Origin: Chloroflexota bacterium | Lineage (GTDB): Bacteria > Chloroflexota > Dehalococcoidia > Lucifugimonadales > UBA3495 | Assembly: GCA_022562335.1 (NCBI GenBank) | Contig: JADFPM010000002.1 | Coordinates: forward strand, 1 to 32,904 | Reading direction: 5' to 3' | DNA length: 32,904 bases | Part shown: piece by piece, positions 26,473-32,904 of the stretch | Layout of the letters: every line of letters starts with the position of its first letter | Position numbering within the stretch: the stretch's first letter is position 1 | Translations under genes and position numbers: made by a program | The notes under the pieces: generated by a model | What the model was told of the DNA's origin: nothing | Database searches by the model: none | The model's input: only the letters and a program-made list of their open reading frames with translations

Positions 26473-27015
26473 CTAGCCGCTCTCACTCAGTTCTTCTTCC
26501 AACGATTGGAATTTGGAAGGGCATTTCACCAGAATGTCGTCGGCCTGAAAGACATTGTCCGTGCCATAACTCCCCTGAAGGATGATCTCCGAATGGGGAT
26601 TGAAGAACAGGTCGGGTAGAACGCCGACATAGGACGCCCTCAGTTGCTGTCCGTCCAGCCCCGCCCCCTCGTCGGTCAACTGGAAGTGAGACAGGGTTGA
26701 CTGATCCTGCCGCAAGAAAGAACCTTCCACCAACTTTCCCGATACCCGCAATATGCGCCCGTCTTGGACCGCGTCCCGTTCCATGAACTCGCTAACGGTC
26801 AAAAAATAAAGAGCGTTGCCTGGGAAAGCGGCATATATCATGTACCCCAACGACAACACCACCACCGTGCCCAGTATCAAGAACCGGACGCGGTTGGTAT
26901 TGGACGAAGCGCCAAAGGATTCCTCCGCTTCGTCTTGGGAAACGCTGTCTTCGTAGTCGCTGGCCAATGTTTGTCTCCCGTGGTTTTTGGTGGGAATCAT
27001 GGCCGGGCTTGCCAT
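26473..27015 (-). CDS. ccmE: Cytochrome c maturation heme chaperone CcmE, Cys-type variant
   Basis: One TM segment 'VRFLILGTVVVLSLGYMIYAAF', then 'LRVSGKLVEGS', 'GVLPDLF' and 'ILVKCPSKF' where E. coli has 'VLAKHDENY'. Confidence 0.85.
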   Translation of the reverse strand: MASPAMIPTKNHGRQTLASDYEDSVSQDEAEESFGASSNTNRVRFLILGTVVVLSLGYMIYAAFPGNALYFLTVSEFMERDAVQDGRILRVSGKLVEGSFLRQDQSTLSHFQLTDEGAGLDGQQLRASYVGVLPDLFFNPHSEIILQGSYGTDNVFQADDILVKCPSKFQSLEEELSESG

Positions 27016-27106
27016 GCTTGTTTAATTATACGCCGATCAGCCCAAATTGGATCAGGCGTCAGCCTTCAAACGGTCTTGCGTTCATCGCCACGGCCCTCAC
27101 CCAGCC

Positions 27107-27295
27107 CTAATCATCATCCATTGCCTGTCTCAACTCTTCGATCTCCCGGCGCAGGTCTTGCTGGCGCCGGGAGATCCAGAAAGCATATACGAAGAAAACC
27201 GCCCAACTCACCGCGAGGGCAGCGAATAGGTATGGAAGGTTCTCCGGCGGCAGTTGGACTTGCAGCAATTGGATCTGTAGCAACGCAAATGGCAT
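27107..27295 (-). CDS. ccmD: CcmD-like small membrane protein
   Basis: 62 aa with a single TM segment 'LFAALAVSWAVFFVYAFWI' followed by the charged helix 'SRRQQDLRREIEELR'. It sits between ccmC and ccmE. Confidence 0.55.
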   Translation of the reverse strand: MPFALLQIQLLQVQLPPENLPYLFAALAVSWAVFFVYAFWISRRQQDLRREIEELRQAMDDD

Positions 27296-27314
27296 AGATC
27301 ACCACACCGGCGGG

Positions 27315-28073
27315 CTAGGTTTCCGCCTGAGACCTTCTCAGGGCTAACCTCACTTGCCGCAACCGGTCCTCAGAATCCATTATGGACATCCTCTCGGCCA
27401 CCAGATAGGCGAAAAAGACCAGGAAAGTCAGGAAGGAAAATAACAACACGCCATACATGGTCGAGTTCAGCGAGCCGGCCCCGGCCAGTGGCCCCACCAC
27501 CGGCGAGGGATGGATCGAGCGCCACCAGATCACCGAATAGTAGACGATGGGGACATCTACGAAACCCACGATGCCCACCACCGCGGCGTAGATCTGCCCC
27601 TGTTGCCGGCTGGGAGCGTAGGAGCGGATCATCAGGTAGGCCACGTAGATCAGCCAAAGGATCAGGGTGGTGGTCAGACGCGGTTCCCAGGTCCACCAGG
27701 TGTTCCAGATCGGCCGGGCCCAAATGACGCCGGTGATCAGGGCGAGGGTCACAAATACCACTCCGACTTCGGCGGACGCGTGGGCCAGCCTGTCCCAAAC
27801 CGGGTTGCGCCTGACCAAGAACACCACGCTGGCCAAAAAGACCACGAAGAAGGCCAGGAACGACATGACCGCGATGGGCACGTGAAAATAGAATATCCGC
27901 TGCACGTGGCCCAAGACGGAATCGGTGGGGGCAACCATCAGCATCAGGTACAGGTCGGCCAAGATCAACACTCCGGCCAAGACTAAAAGCAACTGGCGGA
28001 AGCCATATCTGGCGCCATGGCGGTCTTTCCTAACCTGACCAGCGCCTTCCGATTCGCCTGCCCGTGCAACCAT
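27315..28073 (-). CDS. ccmC: Heme lyase/exporter component CcmC
   Basis: Trp-rich motif 'WARPIWNTWWTWEPRL' and flanking conserved His residues in 'FYFHVP' and 'RSIHP'. The ATG at 28073 lies 5 nt after the ccmB stop. The longer ORF up to 28577 overlaps ccmB and is rejected. Confidence 0.9.
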   Translation of the reverse strand: MVARAGESEGAGQVRKDRHGARYGFRQLLLVLAGVLILADLYLMLMVAPTDSVLGHVQRIFYFHVPIAVMSFLAFFVVFLASVVFLVRRNPVWDRLAHASAEVGVVFVTLALITGVIWARPIWNTWWTWEPRLTTTLILWLIYVAYLMIRSYAPSRQQGQIYAAVVGIVGFVDVPIVYYSVIWWRSIHPSPVVGPLAGAGSLNSTMYGVLLFSFLTFLVFFAYLVAERMSIMDSEDRLRQVRLALRRSQAET

Positions 28074-28078
28074 CCGGT

Positions 28079-28753
28079 TTATTCCTCCGTCACTACCGAA
28101 AAAACCCATGGACATATTACCAGAAACAAGGCGTCGAAAATGCCCAATAGCGGCAGCCACCGGTTCAATCCCACGCTGGTTTCCCCGCCAACGGCCACGG
28201 TGGTCAACTGCACCGCTCCAATGATCACCGGCATTATCACCGGAAAGAACAACACCGGCAGCATCAACTCCCTGGACCGGGTCTGGACCGCGATGGCCGA
28301 AAATAGCGTGCCCACCAAGGCAAAACCCAGGGTGGCCAGTACGATGGTTGCCGCCAATATCCACGACAGGACGGAAAATCCCAGCAGGACGGCGAATACG
28401 GGGAGCAGCACCGACTCCACCAGCAGCATGAAAAAGAAGCTGGCCAGGGCCTTTCCCAGAAAGATGGAATCGCGGCTCACCGGCGCCAGAAGCAGCCCCT
28501 CCAGACCCCCCTGTTCCTTCTCCCGCACGAAGGTCCGGTTCATAGCCAAGACGCCGGCAAAAGAATAAGCCACCCATAGGATCCCCGGCGCCAGGGTGGC
28601 GATCTGTTCAGATGACACGTTCAGAGCGAAGTTGAAGATCACCGCCACCAGCAGCCCAAACACCCCAACGGAGATCACCAGATCCTTGGACCGGATCTCC
28701 AAGAGGATATCCTTCCAAAACAGAACCAGGATGGGCTGGATGAATGCCGTCAC
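28079..28753 (-). CDS. ccmB: Heme exporter permease CcmB
   Basis: Polytopic membrane protein ('ILWVAYSFAGVLAMNRTF', 'EKEQGGLEGLLLAPVSR') located between ccmA and ccmC. The GTG at 28753 overlaps the ccmA TGA (GTGA). Confidence 0.8.
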   Translation of the reverse strand: MTAFIQPILVLFWKDILLEIRSKDLVISVGVFGLLVAVIFNFALNVSSEQIATLAPGILWVAYSFAGVLAMNRTFVREKEQGGLEGLLLAPVSRDSIFLGKALASFFFMLLVESVLLPVFAVLLGFSVLSWILAATIVLATLGFALVGTLFSAIAVQTRSRELMLPVLFFPVIMPVIIGAVQLTTVAVGGETSVGLNRWLPLLGIFDALFLVICPWVFSVVTEE

Positions 28754-29469
28754 CGTCCGGTCTCCGTCTCGCCGGTTGGCAGGGGTCGGTCTTCGCCGAT
28801 ACGGACCTTTCCGTTGGTCATGTGCCCCAGGGAGCCCGGCCACGATTTAACCAACTCCAGGTTGTGGGTGGTCATCACGACCGACCTCCCGGACCCAGTC
28901 CACCGGGTTATCAAATCACCCAACATGGCCACCGAAGGGCCGTCCAGGCCAACCTCGGGCTCGTCCAAAAGCAAGAGCCGCGGGTCGTGCAGCAGGGCAC
29001 GAGCAAGGGAAACCCTTCTTTGCATGCCGTTGGAAAGGGTGCGCACCCGATGGCCCGCCCGGTGTTCCAGGCCGACCTGGGCAAGCATCTCCATGGCCTT
29101 TTTCCGAGGGTCTTGCAGGCGAAACAGCCTTCCGTAGAAAACCAGGTTTTCCAAGCAGGTGAGATCGCCGTGGAGGAAGGTGTTGTGCCCAACCACACCC
29201 ACGCACCGGCGGACCTGGGTGGCCTGCCGCTTCAGGTCAAAACCGGCGATGGAGACGGCCCCGGAATCGGGCCTGACCTGGGTGGAGAGTATTCTAAGCA
29301 GGGTGGTTTTGCCCGAACCGTTGGGGCCGAACAACACCAGCAGTTCGCCCCAATCAAGGGTCAGGTCTAAATCCCAGAGAACCGGCCAATCCCCGAAACT
29401 TTTCTCCAGCCCCTGGACGCTAACGGCTAAATCCGCCTTGGCACGTGACACGGCCCACTCCTGGGCCAC
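28750..29469 (-). CDS. ccmA: Heme exporter ABC ATPase CcmA
   Basis: Walker A 'GPNGSGKTT', signature 'LSNGMQRRVSLA', Walker B 'LLLLDEP'. GTG start. Confidence 0.85.
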   Translation of the reverse strand: MAQEWAVSRAKADLAVSVQGLEKSFGDWPVLWDLDLTLDWGELLVLFGPNGSGKTTLLRILSTQVRPDSGAVSIAGFDLKRQATQVRRCVGVVGHNTFLHGDLTCLENLVFYGRLFRLQDPRKKAMEMLAQVGLEHRAGHRVRTLSNGMQRRVSLARALLHDPRLLLLDEPEVGLDGPSVAMLGDLITRWTGSGRSVVMTTHNLELVKSWPGSLGHMTNGKVRIGEDRPLPTGETETGR

Positions 29470-29535
29470 CGGCCTTATCGGTGATCCACGCCGGTTCCGG
29501 CTGCTCGGCCAAAGCTAACGGTCAGGGGTCAGGGG

Positions 29536-30180
29536 CTAGGCGCTGTCCCTGATGTAGCTTAAGACGGCTTGTACCCGGGGATGGAGTGGCCCATTGTGGC
29601 TGAGAGTGAGCTCTTGATAGATCGCGTTGATGTAGTTTTCAACCGACTTAGTGCCCAGCACCAGCTTTTCGGCGATGGCGGAATTATTATACCCTTGGGC
29701 CATCATGGTAAGCACCTCCTGTTGCCGCGGCGTCAAGCCGGCGGTAAGGGAGCCCTTGCGCGGTTTCATGCCGTTGACCACCGTGGGGTCCATGACGACC
29801 AAACCGGATGCGGCCCCTTCGATGGCTCTCACCAAGGCGCCGGCGTCGCTCACCGATTGCTTCAGCAGATACGACCACCCGGAATATTCTTCGGCCGCGA
29901 TCAGGTTGAGGTACTCCCGCTCCTTGTGGGCTGACAAGATGATCATGCCCATATCGTTATGGGCTTCCTTGATCGCCCTGCCTGCGGCGATCCCATTGGG
30001 CTCGCTGCCCAACTCGATGTCCATCAGGACGACATCTGGATTAAGCCGGTCCGCGCTCTCGATCGCGGATTCGCCGTCGGACACTGCCCCCACCACCTCC
30101 ATGTCATCCAGCGAATCCAGGGATATCTTTAGCATGTCCCGAAAAAGTCCCTCGTCCTCTACGATAAGTACGTTAACCAT
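29536..30180 (-). CDS. NarL/FixJ-family response regulator (REC + LuxR-type HTH)
   Basis: 'VLIVEDEGLFRDML', the phospho-acceptor context 'DVVLMDIEL', and 'LTPRQQEVLTMMAQGYNNSAIAEKLVLGTKSVENYINAIY'. Confidence 0.9.
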   Translation of the reverse strand: MVNVLIVEDEGLFRDMLKISLDSLDDMEVVGAVSDGESAIESADRLNPDVVLMDIELGSEPNGIAAGRAIKEAHNDMGMIILSAHKEREYLNLIAAEEYSGWSYLLKQSVSDAGALVRAIEGAASGLVVMDPTVVNGMKPRKGSLTAGLTPRQQEVLTMMAQGYNNSAIAEKLVLGTKSVENYINAIYQELTLSHNGPLHPRVQAVLSYIRDSA

Positions 30181-30474
30181 TCAGCCGTCCTTGATGGAAA
30201 CCCATCTACCCGGTCCCCGCCCGCACGATATCCACGAGAGGGCCTTTATTCGATTTTAAATATGGGTTTTCGTTAAAGCAATGTCATTGGCTGAATCGTC
30301 ATGGTTCAGGTCCGGTCCCTCCCATCCGCCACGGAACGCCCAATAACGTCTTGCCGAATTACGGTTAACCCCATTTGGGAATTTTCACACATCCCGGCGC
30401 CAACGAATCCCGAGACTACGGTTTCCTGCTCCGTCCTCTCCACCTAGGGTTTGCCAAGCTTTGAGGCGCACGTG

Positions 30475-30512
30475 AACGCAAACAAGCCCCATGAATCAAA
30501 ACCATTGGGCTT
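30475..30512 (-). terminator. Possible terminator after the SDR gene
   Basis: The minus strand reads AAGCCCAATGG-ttttgatt-CATGGGGCTT (one mismatch), followed by GTTTGCGTT. Confidence 0.3.
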
Positions 30513-30552
30513 TCCCCGCTTGCCCGATACAAAAGGGGTTTCCAGGGGCGTA

Positions 30553-31347
30553 CTAGGGGGTTTTGATGCTTACGCCGCCGTCCACCGCCCAGGTCTGGCC
30601 GGTGATATAGGCGGCCGCCGGTGACGCCAGGAAAACCGCCAGGTATCCCGGCTCCTTCAACCGTCCCACCCGGCCCAGGGGGACCGTACCCTTGGCCGCT
30701 TCATCCCTGGCTTGATAGGCTTCCGCCGACATCTGATCGGGGTCGGGAAACGACCCGGGTGCGATGGCGTTCACCCGTATCCCGTAGGGGGCCCATTCCT
30801 GGGCCAAACTCTCGGTGAACCGCATAACCCCGGCTTTGGAGGCATCATAGGCCGACGAGAGCGCCCGTCCTCTGAATGAGGCCCACCCGGAGACGTTGAT
30901 CACGCATCCCTGCCGCCGCTCCAAAAAGTGGGCGCCCATGGCGCGGCAACCTTGAAAAGCCTCGGTAAGGTTGATATTCACCACGTGATGCCATTCCTCT
31001 TCGGTCATCCCCGGCGTGTCGCTGCCGGGCAATTGCACCACGGGTTTGCGTATCGAATCGCCGACACAGGTGACCAGAATGTCCACGTGGCCAAATTCGG
31101 CCAGGGTCCGGCGCGCTATCTCATCCATATCGGCCGCCTTGGTGGCGTCGCCGTTCAACGGCAGCGCCGACCGGCCCATGGCCCGGACCTCCTCCGCGAC
31201 CTTGGCGACATGGGTGGGGGTGAAACCCACGATCGCGACATCTACGCCGGCCTCGGCCAAGGCCAGGGCGATACCTTTGCCGATGCCTCGGCCCGCGCCC
31301 ACCACCAACGCTTTTTGACCGGTGATCTCAAACTCGGGAAGGCTCAT
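30553..31347 (-). CDS. Short-chain dehydrogenase/reductase (SDR)
   Basis: Cofactor motif 'VVGAGRGIGKGIA', 'NINL', catalytic 'SSAYDASKAG', and 'IRVNAIAPG'. The ATG at 31347 lies 6 nt after GGAG. Confidence 0.85.
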   Translation of the reverse strand: MSLPEFEITGQKALVVGAGRGIGKGIALALAEAGVDVAIVGFTPTHVAKVAEEVRAMGRSALPLNGDATKAADMDEIARRTLAEFGHVDILVTCVGDSIRKPVVQLPGSDTPGMTEEEWHHVVNINLTEAFQGCRAMGAHFLERRQGCVINVSGWASFRGRALSSAYDASKAGVMRFTESLAQEWAPYGIRVNAIAPGSFPDPDQMSAEAYQARDEAAKGTVPLGRVGRLKEPGYLAVFLASPAAAYITGQTWAVDGGVSIKTP

Positions 31348-31584
31348 TTCCATCTCCAAGAGGTTTGCCCGCCGGCGCGGATAAACCCAGATTCTGCCGG
31401 GGTCCGATTTGGCGGAAGTGTAGCCGACGCTGCAAGGCCCAGTCAACGGAGTCCAATATCTTTGACGGCCCGTGCCGCCCAGGATTAAGATTCGGTAGAT
31501 TTTTCCGCACACCGGAATTGAGCTGGCGCGCAATGACCCGCCGGCCGAAGGCCCGCGGCCACATCACGACTAGGAGGCGAATCC

Positions 31585-32616
31585 ATGAAGGCAGTTTACA
31601 TCAGCGAACACGGCGGCCCCGAGGCGCTAATCCACGGCGACCGGCCCGATCCGGAGGTTGCCCCCGGCGAGGTGATGCTGCGGGTGCATGCCAGCGCCTT
31701 GAACCACCTGGACTTGAACGTCCGGGCCGGCGGCGGCTATCGAGGAACCCTTCCCAGGATCTTGGGGTGCGACGTGGCCGGAGAAGTCGTCACCGTCAGC
31801 CCCGGCGCCGAGACCAGCCTTAAGGTGGGCGACAGGGTGATATTGGACAACCGGATCAAATGCGGCCATTGTGAGAACTGCCGCCTGGGCCTGGACCAAT
31901 ATTGCCCCACCCAACTGCGTATCGGCGTAGACCTGGACGGCGGCCACGCCGAATACGTCACCGCCCCTGCCGGCAACGCCCATAAGATACCCGATTCCAT
32001 GAGCTTCACCGAAGCCGCGGCCATCCCCATCGTGGGCCACACCGCTTGGCATTGCCTGGTTACCCAGGGCCAGATCCGGCCCTGGGACGACGTTCTGATC
32101 CAGGCGGCGGGCTCCGGCGTGGGGAGCATGGGCATTCAGATCGCCAAGATGTTTGGCGCCCGGGTCATAACCACCGCAGGCAGCGACTGGAAACTGGAGA
32201 AAGCCAAGGAGTTGGGCGCCGACGAGGTGATCAACTACCGGGAGGTCCCCAACTTTAGCCAGCGGGTAAAAGAGCTGACCGATGGCAAGGGCGTCGACCT
32301 GGTGCTCGACTGCGTGGGCGCCGACGTCTGGGAGGAAAACCTGCTGTCCATGAAACAGGGAGGCCGCCTGGTGATCACCGGGGTGACCTCGGGGACCCGG
32401 ACCAACATGGACCTGTCCATTCTGCACGGGCGGCCGTTGCACCTTATGGGCAGCGGCGGACGCAGCCAGCGCACCTTCGTAGACATGATGAAAGTGGTCA
32501 ACAATGGGGCGCTCCGCGGCGTGGTTGGCCGGGTTTTCCCCCTGGACCAGGTGGCTGAAGCCCACCGGGTCATGGATCAACGGGACTTTTTCGGGAAACT
32601 GGTAATCGAAAGCTGA
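31585..32616 (+). CDS. Zinc-type medium-chain dehydrogenase/reductase (alcohol dehydrogenase/quinone oxidoreductase family)
   Basis: 'LGCDVAGEV', the structural-zinc cysteines 'CGHCENCRLGLDQYC', and the Rossmann motif 'AAGSGVGSMGIQIAK'. RBS AGGAGG. Confidence 0.85.
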   Translation: MKAVYISEHGGPEALIHGDRPDPEVAPGEVMLRVHASALNHLDLNVRAGGGYRGTLPRILGCDVAGEVVTVSPGAETSLKVGDRVILDNRIKCGHCENCRLGLDQYCPTQLRIGVDLDGGHAEYVTAPAGNAHKIPDSMSFTEAAAIPIVGHTAWHCLVTQGQIRPWDDVLIQAAGSGVGSMGIQIAKMFGARVITTAGSDWKLEKAKELGADEVINYREVPNFSQRVKELTDGKGVDLVLDCVGADVWEENLLSMKQGGRLVITGVTSGTRTNMDLSILHGRPLHLMGSGGRSQRTFVDMMKVVNNGALRGVVGRVFPLDQVAEAHRVMDQRDFFGKLVIES

Positions 32617-32648
32617 CCGCCGATAAATCCGCTGGGCTTGCCCAAGTC

Positions 32649-32685
32649 AGGGCGTGGGCAATGGTGTCCGCGCCCTTTCTTTTTA
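32649..32685 (+). terminator. Rho-independent terminator after the MDR gene
   Basis: The AGGGCG...CGCCCT stem is followed by TTTCTTTTTAT. Confidence 0.5.
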
Positions 32686-32836
32686 TCGCCGCCTTTCGCC
32701 GGTCCATTGGGATATTCACGCCTGATCCCACCGGTAGCCAAGGTGGTGCAAACCCGATAGAATTACGCCGTCGCGCGGCAGGTCGTGGAACACGAGGCCG
32801 CGTCAACCGCCTAATTGGGCGATCTAGGAGAGTCGC

Positions 32837-32904
32837 ATGAAATTCGCCAGGTATCTTGCCCACGGCCAGATCAGCTACGGAGTCGTGGAAGATGACATGG
32901 TCAA
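32837..32904 (+). CDS. Fumarylacetoacetate hydrolase (FAH) family protein, 5' end only
   Basis: The ATG follows AGGAGAGTCGC. 'MKFARYLAHGQISYGVVEDDMV' resembles the usual N-terminus of FAH/2-keto-4-pentenoate hydratase-like proteins. Only 22 codons are visible. Confidence 0.45.
   Translation, partial: MKFARYLAHGQISYGVVEDDMV

Noticed and set aside
28074-28577. The N-terminal 168 codons of ORF 27315..28577, which would give a 420-aa 'CcmC'.
   Set aside because: This part overlaps ccmB in another frame and looks like Gly/Arg-rich noise. The CcmC homology starts at the ATG at 28073, 5 nt after the ccmB stop.
29520-29536. Tandem GGTCAGG/GGTCAGG between the response regulator stop and ccmA.
   Set aside because: It is two copies of a 7-mer only, within chance expectation for GC-rich sequence.
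1181-32904. A search for defence systems, toxin-antitoxin pairs, CRISPR arrays, integrases with att sites, IS elements, tRNA/rRNA genes or other accessory-island hallmarks.
   Set aside because: Every ORF longer than 100 aa that is not a shadow frame has a confident housekeeping assignment. The only recombinase is a XerC/D type in its usual dprA-topA context. Apart from the short repeats listed, I saw no repeat arrays and no tRNA-like sequences in the intergenic regions.

Overview
The window has two parts. Nt 1 to ~1170 is very GC-rich: hand counts of nt 1-120 give 68-73% G+C. It carries an internal fragment of a LuxR/LAL-type regulator. This abuts, tail to tail, a 3'-truncated class II ribonucleotide reductase gene. 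That gene belongs to the remaining ~31.7 kb, where sampled stretches count 48-62% G+C. I read the junction (~1152-1176) as an assembly or splice chimera rather than biology.

The rest is a densely packed, mostly minus-strand housekeeping region:
- nrdR and nrdJ, each behind its own sigma70-like promoter with tandem NrdR boxes
- a stripped-down division cluster, rsmH-ftsA-ftsZ
- tig-clpP-clpX
- a PurN-like formyltransferase, xseA-xseB, efp, an M24 Xaa-Pro peptidase and aroQ
- a XerC/D recombinase, topA and dprA
- a two-subunit 2-oxoacid:ferredoxin oxidoreductase (korAB-like)
- an ECF sigma factor with a divergently encoded small RsrA-like zinc anti-sigma factor
- ccmABCDE (cytochrome c maturation System I) with a Cys-type CcmE
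- a NarL-type response regulator, an SDR, a zinc-type MDR dehydrogenase, and the first 22 codons of an FAH-family gene

I recognise no rRNA, tRNA, CRISPR array, IS/transposon, prophage, toxin-antitoxin or defence genes. I do not find a convincing novel multi-gene system.

The observations most worth a second look are:
- the chimeric junction
- the variant System I with a CxxxF CcmE
- the AT-hook-like tail on NrdR, plus a small ORF whose start overlaps the nrdR stop
- the mur-less division cluster
- several long non-coding stretches, one behind a near-consensus promoter
- a non-canonical EF-P tip loop

The gene order (dprA-topA-xerC, aroQ-pepP-efp) resembles Terrabacteria/Chloroflexota, but that is only a guess.
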